Under the pieces are notes generated by a model. The model was not told where the DNA came from. It did not search any database and worked only from the letters and a program-made list of their open reading frames with translations. The translations under genes and the position numbers were made by a program. A DNA stretch of 64,000 bases from Cystobasidiomycetes sp. EMM_F5 (Eukaryota), in assembly GCA_051047955.1 (NCBI GenBank), contig JBPGPT010000007.1:558001-622000 (forward strand), read 5' to 3'. This document shows positions 24,467 through 36,823 of this stretch, one piece after another; the first letter of the stretch is position 1, and each line of letters starts with the position of its first letter.

Positions 24467-25727
24467 TTACAACGCAGCGTTGTTAGCTGGGAGGCTAAGT
24501 CTGGCACTCAAGGCTGTGATGCGCTGGAACCCTGTCCAAGTCTCGCCTGGCGGTAAATGTACGAAGCCTGCGACATGACCCGGTTCCAGGCAGATGAATC
24601 TCTTCCATCCGTCTTCTTGCATGTCTGCGATGGACGCGCTCTTCTCTGCTGCAGGATTCCACGTGACAAGGTCGCCTAAAGTTGTAACATACGCCGTTTA
24701 GCTCTTGAGCTTAGAGCACACATGTCACAAGAATGCATACCGAGGTTCTTCGTTTCAATTTTGATGCCTTGCTGTGAGGCTTTGCCATACTTGGCGACAA
24801 TGGTGCTTGGAGCATCGTTGTAAACTCGGTCCGTCTCGCCTTCGAAGACGAAGATATCCCGCTTTTCTGCCGCTTGCGCACCGTTGAGCACCTTGTCAGT
24901 GTACTTCAAGCCAGTCAATTGCTTCTCGATAGTGACGTCGCTTGGAAGTGTGCCTTCAGGTAGACGGAAGTACGTATGATAGAGGGCTTGAAATTTCAGC
25001 TCGCTTGACGCGCTTGATGGATTCTTGACTTCCAAGGTCGTTTCAAGCACATCGCCTGCAGTCAGCTAGCGAACGCCGAATTAGCGTCAGTACGAAGTGG
25101 ATTGGGTACAGAGCTAGGTACTAACCGCTACAGTGTACTTCAGACGGAAATCTGGCTCGAAGAGCTGCTTGATTTCGGATGTTGGTTCCAGTGCTGTTTC
25201 ACAAATTTGTCAGAATGGCTGCTCTAAAACGTATGGTTTATAATCACTTGCTAAAGACAGCCACGGCTGGGTCGTTGCCCTTCTCTAAGTTCCACTTGGA
25301 GATACGGGCAAAACCATGTTGAGCGAGCTTCTCGAACGGTGGCTCCTTGATGGGAGGCCCGAAAGTTGGGAAGACGACCGGAATACCTTGTCACAGACTA
25401 TAATGTTAGTACGAACCTGGCCGACGGATCTGCCAGCAGACAGCAGCGGCCATGTGAAGCCGTCCTGTCGCATGACGACATGTCAGCCTCTCACCTCCAC
25501 GAATCGCTTTCGGCCCAGCCAGTGGTGATTTGCTAGACTTGAAGAGCCTCTCTTCGCCGTCTTCCGCTGTGTAGTCCCATAATGAGCCGTCTTGTTCGAT
25601 TTCCTTGCGGTGCCTCGCTAGGAAACTCACGAATGAAGCTGCATACTGTTGCGCCGAGGTATGCAATGGTAGCACTGGCGCCGCCTGGTCCAGTCAGTCG
25701 TACAGAATGCTCATCTGTTGCCGCCAT
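24467..25727 (-). CDS. Glucose-6-phosphate 1-epimerase (aldose 1-epimerase family)
   Basis: SATIAYLGATV, KAIRGG, FQALYHTYF, ETDRVY, VTWNP and FICLEPG. Confidence 0.92.
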
Positions 25728-25853
25728 GTTTAATCAATGATTTCTAGCGCGTCGCATCGGATCCAAGCAGTCGTGAGGTTCATACATCACTAAAGTTATT
25801 TTTCCCTGCTAGAAAATGCTACAACTGTTGATTTGCGCTAGTGCGACAACATT

Positions 25854-26457
25854 TTACGACTTCTCAAGCCGAGCCTGGATCTCCGCTGGGTCTTTTGCTT
25901 CAACGGTATCCGGCTGACCTGCGCCGGGACTGTTGTCGGCTGGAAGGACGGAATCATCTGGGGAAGATTCGTTGCGAATCAGCAAATAAGTTCAGCAGCT
26001 GGTCAAGATATGCTGACTCGATCCAGTGCCTAAATTATCAGGCGGTGACTTCATAATATCATCCTAAAAAGAAAGCTTTCAGCAAAGGAGTCGCCGGCAA
26101 CTTGTGGATTTGTCGCACCATGATGTTGTGATCCGTAGTCTCGGGGCGGCCTACGACCTGTGTGGTCTTCTTGAATTGCCTGGTAGCCGGAAAGCGTGTC
26201 ATGAGTTTTGCTTCACCGTCTGAGCCCCGCAAGGCACTCACGAATCTGAGGTGTTGTGAGCAGATCCTGTAGCACTGTCAGTATCGGCATATTACATTAA
26301 ATCATGCATCAGGCGCGACTCACCATACTCGGCCTGATGCACAAGCGGTTTCCTGCCCAAGTTCGCGTCAACGAGAGCCTTAAATGTGGCGGTCAATGTA
26401 GACGTACGTGTACCTGCTCTGCGAGGTTTGTCCGGTTCCAGGTCCACTGCCGCTCAT
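25854..26457 (-). CDS. Small hydrophilic hypothetical protein, ~6 short exons
   Basis: Manual splicing gives MSGSGPGTGQTSQSRYTKPLVHQAEYGSAHNTSDSQFKKTTQVVGRPETTDHNIMDDIMKSPPDNLGTGSNDSVLPADNSPGAGQPDTVEAKDPAEIQARLEKS*. Confidence 0.6.
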
Positions 26458-27350
26458 TGTGTATAGGTCTTGCTGAATTGCTTGGAGCAAGAAAGCTTCA
26501 TCTAAGCAGCGCGCCTTATGATGCTCTTTGATCGCCGGCTGGCGATATCGTCATATGAAGGTACCGATGCTACAGCCGTGCATCGATGACATTGCATAAG
26601 GTAGCCCTTCGAAAGTAATACGGATCACACGTTCCTATTTGGTCGTGAGCTCGGCAGTAACACAACAAGCAAGTTGTCCGCAGCAGTAGTAAAATCTCAA
26701 AAACAAATCTCTTGCCATTGACCGTGCCGGTCGCCGTGCGAAAATCTCGACTAGCATGTGGTGGATACGCGCAGTGCCCTTTCGATCCGCTGTCTTCATA
26801 TCTTCGAGCGGCGACTGTCGCGCGCGTGCGGATGCGGATGTTTAAGTATAGCTCGCCGAAGGTCGATGTTGCTGCTTCTCTGCAACCATTGCATGATGAG
26901 GCCTCTTCATCATACACTCTCGCGTGTGATCCATGCGCCCCCGATATTCCGGAACCCTGTCTTCGTCGAATCAGTGAAGATGTGTGATGTCGTATCGTTT
27001 GCACATCCCATGAGACCAATACTTCTATGTAGTCGATGGTTAACGCATATTTGAGGTGTAATGGCCGTGTCGAAGGGAGGCGTCAATCATCGCGTCTGTT
27101 ACGATAATGTGGACGCATCGCGCTCAGGCGGTGTGAGCGACGTCGAGGCCACAACTTGTGCCTGATGCATCGACATTTCTCACCCTTGCGAACCATGTTG
27201 TTTGTATGGGTCTTGCTGATTTCCACGCAGTAGCAGATTTCGACGCCTATAGCCTACTTCGGACCAAGGGTTTGAGCTCTTGCTAAACGCCAGGGGAAGT
27301 GCGTGAAGGATATAGAATGGGACTCGTCCATAGTCCATAAAGATGACTTC

Positions 27351-27780
27351 TCAAGCTGGAATGCCTTCATCGTCTTCAATGATATCGAATGCATTCTTCC
27401 CTCTGATCCGACGGCTGCCAAAGTGCCGCCCTTTAGGGTGATGTCCGCCATGTTCAGCAGCATTCCACTCTTCAAAACGCTTCTTATCTCGTGAATCACG
27501 CAGGTGCCGTGTAATCTTCAGAAACAAGAGTATCGCGGTGATGCCAAGCTGGATATCATTGTAGATTAGCTGACGTATAGCAGTCAACGCTAGCTTAAGA
27601 GCGCACGAAGAGGAAGCCGACGACTGTTGAAGCTGCTATGATTGTACTGCTCTTATTGTGTTCAGCGAGGGGGTCCGATGTGGCTGTCGAGTTGCCGTTG
27701 TTGATAACCACTGTGTTTGCGCTGCCTGTCGCACTAGTTGAAGCGGAGCCTGCTGCGGGAGCGGGAGTGACATTAGACAT
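27351..27780 (-). CDS. Small single-pass membrane protein with S/T-rich N-terminus
   Basis: Two exons; TM IIAASTVVGFLF/LGITAILLFL followed by basic KITRHLR. Confidence 0.65.
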
Positions 27781-27907
27781 GTTTGCAGAGCGCTCAACGC
27801 AATTGGCAAGACCAGAAAGCGGGTCATGGACCTCGATTACGAAATGACCGAAGTAGCCGCAACTTGCCTCTGCCTTTTTCTTCAATCCCAAGTCATACAG
27901 CGCAGCA

Positions 27908-28645
27908 TGTGGACTCCGCTATCCTCTTCCATGTCGCGAAGCTGCCTCGCTGGGCAAAAAGCCGCTTTCCGACATGCGCGCCCTAATCCCTCCAGCGCAA
28001 CATGGGCTCGTCAAGCGTCACCGAAAGCAATGTCGACCAGTGCGCAGTCGGCTACTGCATCGCGTTCCATTCCTCTGTCCGCGTTTATTCTGGTCGGCGG
28101 AGGTACATCGTTGCTGGCTTTCAAGTATCAAGCGTCCAAACCTATACGATGCGAGTACTCGGCAGCGGCAGGCAGACCCTACGCCGAAGCTCGTACCGTC
28201 GGATACCAGGGTCCCGGATCTAGCAATGCCGCCCGCCGCGATGCCAGTGCGCGAGTCGAGAGCTCAATAGACCTCAAGAATCTCTCCTTCGGTGCAGTAG
28301 CCGGAATCACAACGGGCATCTTCATCAAGAAGGGTCTCAAAGCTGCCGGCTTCTTGTTTGGCGGTGCTTTCATCCTCTTTCAAGCAAGCGGCTCCTCACT
28401 CGTTCACTAAATACCCACCTACTGACACGTTGGTATTTCAGTACTTCTCCGCACGAGGCGTACTTGCAACAGATTGGAAGGCTCTGACAAGCAAGTACGA
28501 CACCGCACTGGACACGTTTGCAGGTCCTGGCTCTGGATCGCGTATTGCACGAGCTGGCACAGCGACAGTCGACTTCATCATGGCATCTTTTCCCACACGC
28601 GCTACCTTTGCTGCGGGAGTAGTTCTCGGTCTGCGTTTGGGCTAA
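27908..28645 (+). CDS. FUN14: FUN14-family mitochondrial outer membrane protein (start uncertain)
   Basis: LSFGAVAGITTGIFIKKGLKAAGFLFGGAFILFQ/YFSARG...RATFAAGVVLGLRLG; GC-AG intron 28384-28441. Confidence 0.85.
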
Positions 28646-28731
28646 GCTATGCTACAAATATTAATGGCCTGTGAAATGCAGACTTTATGGCGTATTACAT
28701 ACAATTCACCATTCCCTTGACTTCAAGCACG

Positions 28732-29944
28732 CTACATGAAAAACGGACATTTTGCTGCTTGCCCCCTCATCTCCGAAGCTCTTGATACAGTGACGTCCAC
28801 GCCCTGATGTCGCAATCGCTCTGGCCCCAGCTGTTCACTAACAAAGCCTTCTTCATGGAAACCTTGACCAGGTTTTCCGTACCCAAACTCACCAATTGCC
28901 GAACAGCCCGCTACGACATACCACGGCTGGAACAGAAACCCTTTCCTCGTAACGACGTGATGACCCTTCTCATTGATCTTTTCCGTTGTTTGCAGGAAGC
29001 CTGGCGGAGTTATGCGAGGGAAAAGGAGATAGCCGCTTACTATACCCTTCAAGGCTAGCAATTTTGGAACGACGAGCGAGAGCAAGCGAGGCGGCCGCTG
29101 CCAGCCGAATGCAGTTCGAGTATGATCATCGATCAGCGTCAAGGCTGCTTGCTTTGCGAATCGTTTCAGGAAGGACGGGACAGGATCGAGGAGGACAGCA
29201 AACGTTGCATCCCCGACTTGCTCATTCGAAGGAGCATAAATTGACTTCTTCTCGCTGTAGCTGTTCGACCACGCCCTCAACTCTGCCAACGTCTGTGGAA
29301 GATTGGTAATGCCCATTCTTGCGCCGACTTCCCGCCAAAAGACAAATCTCGCTTGCTTTTCGAGATGGGTAAAGCTTCTCCACTCGAATTGTTCATTCAT
29401 GTCGAAGGGCTCGCTTACAAACAAGCTGAGGGTGTACTTCAGGTCGTCCTGCGTTATCAGGGATCCATAGCGAGAATGTAGCCAGTTGACTCGAGCGAGT
29501 GCTATAGACCCTCTCTCCTTGTCGATATCGCCGTAGAGCAATTCGCCGACTGCTGTTGCCGTATCTTCTGCTCTGCGGCCTGCAAGCTGCACGGTGGACA
29601 GTTCGGATGTCTTGCACAAGACTGTGCTTATGCTAGGAATGGCATACGTCTTGAACAGAGCAAAAGTCAGGGAGAGGGTGGTTGTCCAAGGGAGGTCCTG
29701 AATGTAAGACGGAGATCAGTTTGGCATGCTAACGGAGCTTGAACACATCTCAGCGTACCCATGAGTGAGACAGCTTCATTATCTCTGCTGCTTCCTTGTA
29801 GTCCATGGCGTCCAGATCATTGACAAGGTGCTTGAACTTTGCCTCGAGCTCGCGTAAACGGACAAAGCGCGCCCGCCTGACGCGGTAGACGCGCATTGCC
29901 AGGAGCAAGCCGGATGCAGCGAACGCCAACAGTGCGTACGCCAT
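28732..29944 (-). CDS. MpaB/rubber-oxygenase-like (DUF2236) ER-bound oxygenase
   Basis: N-terminal TM; FALFKTYAIPSIS, RRAEDT, RVNWLHSRY, DDLKYTLSLF and WREVGARMGI. Confidence 0.87.
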
Positions 29945-30352
29945 GTCTGCGCTTGCACGCCGATGCTTGCGTAATATGGTGACTTGTGTCAGATCCGGGC
30001 GGTTGCCCACTTGGTTGGGTCAGCAGGCAAACAAGCGTGAGAAAGAGGGTGGACAGTTTTGACAACAGTACGGAATTGTAGCAAATAAAGTAGGACTTGT
30101 CACAGGAGAAAGGCCTCCAGTTGCTTGCATAATACGGAGGAAGGGAACGCGATGTGGTAAATCATTGACAGAATGCTTGTCGTTTCACCGCGGAATCGAA
30201 CTGGAGACTTCTTGTCAAAGGGGAGCAACAATTACGTAAGCTAAATTTGACCGCAAGGCATACTCACACGTGACCTGTCTCGCTGCCTCGCTGCCTGCTC
30301 GACTGGCACTCAGCTTGTCTGCCTTTGAGGTTACGGCTGGCACGCCGCCGCT

Positions 30353-33300
30353 ATGGGTGTCCCATCGTGAGTGAGCAAATACTATTGTAGTTTTAAATGA
30401 GCTGACTATGGCCCAGCCTGTTCCGCTGGTTCGCTCGAGCGTTTCCAGGCGTGGTCCGGAAGCCACACAGCGCGACAGACGAGTGCGATAATCTATACGT
30501 TGACGCAAACTCCATAGTCCACAATGCCTGTCACCCGCAAGACCGCGTACGCTCTGCCATCCTATTGCATTGACTAAACATTCGCGTCTGACGATAACTG
30601 CCGACTGAATCTCATCCGTTTGTAACGCAGCCTGCTCCGCCGAATGAAGAGGCAATGCTGGTCGATGTGGGGAGATACCTCGACTGCGTCATAAAGACGG
30701 CAAACCCGAAAAAGGTCATTCTGATTGCTCTCGATGGTGTAGCCCCGCAAGCAAAGATCAATCAGCAACGAGCGTAAGTTTCGTATGGCTGCGTCCATGC
30801 CGAGCAGGTCTGACTGTGTAATGTTAGTCGTCGTTTTAGAGCAGCAAAGGACGCAAGAGAAGCCAGGGCCAAGAAAGCGGCCTTTCTACAACGAGCTAGA
30901 GGTCCGTTGCCAAAGAAGCTGCAGTCATGACTGTCTGATGCTTCGTGCTTAGAGCAAGGCTTTACGCACTACAATCAATCCTCATCCAATGACGGCTGGG
31001 ACAGCAACACCATCACACCCGGCACACCGTTCATGGCCAAGCTGGATCTGTGGCTGGAGAGTTGGATTATGCGCAAGTTCGAGCATGAGCCCGAATGGGC
31101 AGACGTAGGTCGTATGACTTGCATACAGTACGCATATCCATTCTGAGCTTTCTCTGACTGACAGCTCACTGTCGTCTTTTCTGGTTCGCGCGTTCCGGGA
31201 GAAGGAGAACACAAGGCAATGGACTTCATTCGGCGGCAGCGACAGCAGGAAGGATACAAACCGTTGAGACATGTCTTCTACGGGCCGGTCAGTAGACAAA
31301 CAAGCCAATATTGATAAATCCTGACTCATAAACAGGATGCCGACCTGATCCTACTGGCATTAGCCACGCACGAGCCGGACTTTCGAATCGTAAGGGAAGA
31401 TCCGACAGACAACCGAGCGACTCTGTGCAGTACTTGCAAGGAGTTTGGCCACGCAGCACCAGATTGCAACAGTGTGTTTAGCATGAGAGCCATCTTTTGT
31501 ATAGACTGACCACCTTGCTTCTGTGCAGACATTCCCAATGACTGGATCGATGAAACTCAAGTGCACTCCACGGAGGGCTATGAGTACCGCGATCCAAAGC
31601 TGGTCTTCTTTGACATTCACTGGCTTCGCGGAGGTACGAAGCAAGGTGCACCTTGGGGATTGCAAGAGTACCTCAAGTTCGATGTTGGCGGATACGATTT
31701 CGAGCGTGCTCTCGATGATTTTATCCTCCTCGTCACTCTGCTCGGTAATGATTTCCTGCCGGCTTTGCCCTTGCCGGATTTCGAGATCCACAAGGATGCG
31801 ATTACAAAGGTTGTGGAGGTGTGGAAGGAAACTGTTCCTGCGGTCAAGGGCTACCTCACAAAGGATGGGACAGTAAGGACAGCCCGTCTCGGCGAATTAA
31901 TGAGTCGCCTTGCGATCAGATTCGAACCGTGGGCAGTGAAAGGTCCTGGTAAGCGTTACAGAGGAGCTCTTGCAGTCATTCATGAGCGCTCACGCGTTCT
32001 TCCCTCAGATCAGAGGCAAAGAGACGAAGAGACGGCTGCATACATCAAAAAGACCGAGTCTGAGCAACCAGTCTCCGAGCGGCCGGGTCAGCGGCTGGCA
32101 TCGCAAAACCCTCAACTATTCAATACGGATCGAAGACAAGGATCTGTCGCTGATACGATCAAAGGACCGGTCGTTCACGAGGACCTGGGACCGGAATTTA
32201 ACGGAGTCAAGCTGGCTAAAGAGGAGCCGGATCCCCCTGTGAAAAAGCGCGCCCTCCCCACTCTCGACAGTGACAATGAAGGGGAGGAGACAAAGTGCGT
32301 ACATTTGCAGACAATACTCTGCGTCCGTTTATTTCGTTTAGCTAAACTGAAATTGCGCAGAGGTCGGCCATTTTACACGAGCAAGATGAAGTACTATTCC
32401 GACAAATTTGGCGCTCGGGCAAATAACCCAGATGTCATCACAGGGTGCGTCTTGATAACGTCTGGAGAGCCCAGAAGCTCACATCTCTACTACTACAAGG
32501 ATGGCGACTGCGTATACTTATGGATTGGTTTGGGTGATGGGATATTACACCCAAGGGAAACACTCTTGGACCTGGTCCGTCCATGCCTGGCTCGATGTGT
32601 TCGAGAAGTTCCCGCTGACTGATTCTGAAAAGGGCTTATCCGGAATTATACGCGCCGTATCCAAGCGACTTTGGCCATATCCCCAAGTTGGAGATCAATT
32701 TCGGCGACTCTGGCCATGCTCTCCTGCCTTTTGAGCAGCTGATGAGCGTTTTCCCGCCTCAATCGTGCGTTCATGGATCGATTGTCGGACAGCTGCGCGG
32801 AGCTGACACTGCCCCGTCCTCCCTTGATTAGAGCATCGCATATCCCGCTTCCCTTCCAGACGCTTATGCTGGAGGACACGGACCTCAAGCATTACTATCC
32901 GGAAGATTTTGAAGTGGATCTCAACGGCCATAAAGCGTCCTGGAAGGGTGTTGCAAAGTTGCCGTTCATTGATACGCAAGTTCTGCGCATCAAACTCAGC
33001 CAAGTTTGGAATGATGTGACCAAGTGGGACATGGGGGACCGTAATCGTAATCGACACGGTTTTGCGAGACTACTGGTCAAACGGGGGCACAATCTCTATC
33101 CTGAACTCGAAAGAGTACAGCGCGACCCGCGGCGAGGAGCGGTAAGAAACAGTTTGGGCACTCATACAAGCACCAATTTCTGACGATTGCATCCAGATCA
33201 CCAGCTTCAAAGACCTGGACTTCTACAAAGCCGGATTTGGCGGTCAATACAGCCACCATCCCAAATTTATGGACATCTGGAAAGAAGCAGGACTGGCGAC

Positions 33301-34063
33301 CATTACTGAACCCCGCCCCACGATGGTGTCCGTCATCTACAAACTTCCCGCAGCCAAGGGTAATCACCTCGCTGTCGTCCTGCCAAACCAGCCTCCCATT
33401 GCCCGAAATTATCGTCTTGTCTCGCGTCTGCGTCGACCTCTGAATAAGAAAGTCCGGTATTGGATCGACCCGGCTCGTGCAGAAAATGCAGGACGGACAG
33501 CCGAAGCGGTAGTTGCGGAGGTGCGACGCTGCAAGGAGCTCGGAGTTCCCGTGCCGACTCACGCGCAGTGGTCCAAAGCTCGCTTCACAGATCCTCTGCT
33601 TGCCCTGTTGGGGCCAGATGAGGACGAGACTGATACCGCCGCCACAATTTACGAAGCTTTGCCGGCCGACTTCGATGGCATGGTCATGCCAGTCTTCCCT
33701 ACAGCAAGGGGTGATCTCAACCGAGCTGTTGACGATTGGTCCGAGGACGAAGATGATGATCCGACGGAAGAGACGGTCAATCAGTTCGATAACATGAGTC
33801 TTGGTAACGGTGTACATCAGCCAGGTAACCGCATCGTAGTCAAGCAGGAGGAGGAGGACGACGATGATGCCAACATGCGCTATACGGACGACAGTGATGA
33901 CGACAGCGATCGCGGCGGTCGTGGTCAACAGCGGAATGGGACTATGGCCAGTCGCAAAGCCAAGCAGGCAGCGAAAGCCCAGCCGCAAAAACAGAATCCT
34001 CCCAAGGCCAAAAAGCAGAAAACAACGTTCACCCACAAGCCGATTGAGAAGGTCGAATGGTAA
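30353..34063 (+). CDS. Divergent XRN2/Rat1-like 5'-3' exoribonuclease
   Basis: Spliced motifs MGVPSLFRW, DNLYVDANSIVH, ALDGVAPQAKINQQRARRF, WDSNTITPGTPFM, VPGEGEHK, DADLILLALATHEPDF, CCHC knuckle CSTCKEFGHAAPDC, LGNDFLP, PFEQLMSVFP and DLNGHKASWKGVAKLPFID. Confidence 0.9.
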
Positions 34064-34342
34064 AGCAGTTCAGGCAAGAGCAATGACAGTAAGGAAGCCA
34101 GAAGTTGTCGCAAGTGTGTCCTGGAGAGTACAATTCCGGCGGCGTCGATGTGTGCGGTCGTCGTTATGTCGGGCAATCACGCTGGGCAAATCGGTAGCGA
34201 GTGAACAAAGCTCCGTGTGTAGCATAGAGATCAGTGCGCGTCTATCAGTCTGCATCTGTGCATCTGTTGTGCCGCGTCGAAGGGCACGAAGTACCAATGG
34301 TAATCAAGAATTACTCGAAAAGTAATCTACAGAGACACCCAT

Positions 34343-36526
34343 CTAGCCGCTGTATTCCGCAGCACAATGAATCATTAGTGTCTTGTTGCTGGCGATTCTC
34401 AAATGACGGCACGCACCACTTCCAGTATGCCAAATCACCATCCTGCATCTCGTACGTCCTGCCTTTCTGGAGATATTTACCAGCCGCCTTGACTGCCGAT
34501 TCTGAGCCAAGCTCGTGGAGATCCGTAAACGACATGATTTCTCCGCACACAAACTTCTGCTCAAAATCGCTATGGATGACACCTGCTGCCGCCGGGGCAA
34601 GTGTGCCTTTTCTGATGGTCCACGCTCGTGATTCATCGGGTCCAGCGGTAAAGTATCGAATGAGCTGTGGTATTCCCAATCAGTCAAGAATAGACTTGAT
34701 TCAGAGTCACACGGGACATACACTCAGCGATTGATATCCGGCCGTCATGATTTTCCCGACTTGGCTCGTCGTTCCAATCTTTTCCAGCTCGGCCTTTTGC
34801 TCCTCAGCCGTCATCCGCCCTAATCGCTCCTCCAGGGCAACAGAGAACGGAATGATGAGATCGCCTGGATTGTTTTCGTCTACCCAGGCTTTGATCTTGG
34901 GCAGCCACTTGTTCTTTTTTCGGATGTAGTCTCGCTCGCTCAAGTTGACGAGGTATGTCACTGGTTTGGCAGTGAGGAGTTGCAGACCGTTAACAATGTC
35001 AATCTATCGGAAAAGTGCGCAAGTCAGATACAATGCGCAGAGACATGCATCGGTGCTTGAAAGACAGTTTGGCGATAGAACAGTAATTCAGGCATTTAGC
35101 AGAGTTCATTCTCTTGAGACTGCCAACACGACAAGCACGAGCGGACGTGCGCTACCTTGCGATAGCGACATTCGCATCGTACGAGCGGGGAGTCTTCGAC
35201 GAGCTGGGTTATAGAATTATCGAATGCTTTGCATTCTTTGTCATCAGTTGACTGGATCACCTTTCAGGTGCAGCGGGTATGTAGTAGAACAAGAACAAGA
35301 AGACGAGGAAAATGTGAGATCTTACCTCCTTTGCTGACCAATCTTGTTTCCGCACGTCCTTGTTGTCCTCTGTCAACGTCTTGAAAATCTTCTCTACGCA
35401 GTCCTGCATATCATACAAACCGTCAGTACCATGTTACCAGCTGGTAATGATGACTTTTCCCGCACAATCTCCATCTTTTTCGCCTTTTCCGCCAGACTTG
35501 CGTTTCCAGTTCCCCGGAAAGTCTTTTTCAAGGCTGGAGTGACAGAGTTAGCTTGGAAGGTACACAAGCTTGAGTGTGGTGTGTTGTTCACAAGTCAAGG
35601 TCTTCTCTACCCATTCGGCATCTTTCAGCCGTAATTCGGTTTGAATGATTTCCAAATCTCGACAAGGGTCCACATCGCCTTCTACGTGGATGACTTCCGC
35701 ATCGTCGAATGCTCCTGTAGAGACGGTTGCGTCAGTAATTCTATCTTTACTGCGAAAGAGGAATGACGCTGCGACTGACGGACGACTTGGAAGATACCGT
35801 CTACCGCTCTGACGTGTGACAGGAACGCATTGCCCAAACCCGCACCGGTATTTGCACCTCTTGTCAGACCGGCAATATCAGTACAAGTGAGAAAAGCGGG
35901 AATCTTGGTCTTGGATTGGTATGTCTGGTGCAGCCAGTCTACACGCCAGTCGGGCACAGGTACGCGAGCTTCTTCCTGTGAAAAGACTGCTTTCAATGTT
36001 TGCTGATAGATGGGACACGATACTAAATGCATACCGGGTCAATGGCTAACACAGTCGACGGTTTCTGATGTCAGGATTGTATGCGTTTGGGTACACCCAA
36101 ATTTTTTGGCTTACTGGCATATGGAAAGTTTGCGACCTGGAGGATCATTTAAGCACGGCCCACGAGACAGCAATACGTTTACACACCTTGCCTAGGTCTG
36201 CAGTCGGACAAGCAAGTCTGGCATTCAATGGCAGTCCGATTGTTCAATTTGTAGAGACGCACCTGCTTGGGCGATTGTATTGAACAAACCTGCAATATGA
36301 GCACAGAAATATGAGCATGTGTTGCCCTCTCCCTGCCATAAGTCTGCCCACTCACTGCTCTTGCCGACATTTGGCAACCCTACAATTCCAACCGACCTGC
36401 GTTGTTACGAAATGCTCAGATCAGGCTCGCTCTTTTCTTTCGTACGAAATGCTGGACCCACAGGTTGTTGGAGGGTCTCCCGAGCAACGGCTTCGCTTGA
36501 GCTTCCTGGTTCTTCTTTGGCGGCAT
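34343..36526 (-). CDS. OLA1: Obg-like ATPase Ola1/YchF
   Basis: [62 protein letters not shown] and [14 protein letters not shown]; many introns. Confidence 0.96.
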
Positions 36527-36823
36527 ACTTCGTCTGTTGTTGGGGGCAGCCTTGCAGCAGTTTGTCGCAGTCGCAAAGTGTCGGATGGACAATCGAAGCA
36601 TGGGCAACCTGTATTTTATAATGGCATTGCCGTGGGTTTTGTAATGGAAAGCAATGGATTAGTAACTGCATTAGGACTGCTCTAGCTTGTACACTGCTAA
36701 TGTCCGCCCGATGAGCTTGTAATTAGAAGTTGCAAGTTGTCGCTACTCTAGACAATTACCAACACCCAGGGACACTGCCGCAGGCTGCAACGAGGCCTTG
36801 CATAGCCTGCACCGACTGCTACA

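Noticed and set aside
26570..27054. Overlapping ORFs of 91-149 aa
   Set aside because: No recognisable motif or coherent splice model; left unannotated.
33077..34036. 319-aa minus-strand ORF
   Set aside because: It is the antisense shadow of the XRN-like last exon; its hydrophobic runs mirror the acidic codons on the + strand.
35215..35285. Hammerhead ribozyme or TPP riboswitch in the OLA1 intron
   Set aside because: CTGATGA is followed by a stem and GATA rather than GAAA, with no stems I/III; the TPP-like ATACCCG..CACCTGA lacks the upstream CTGAGA and the 3' half.
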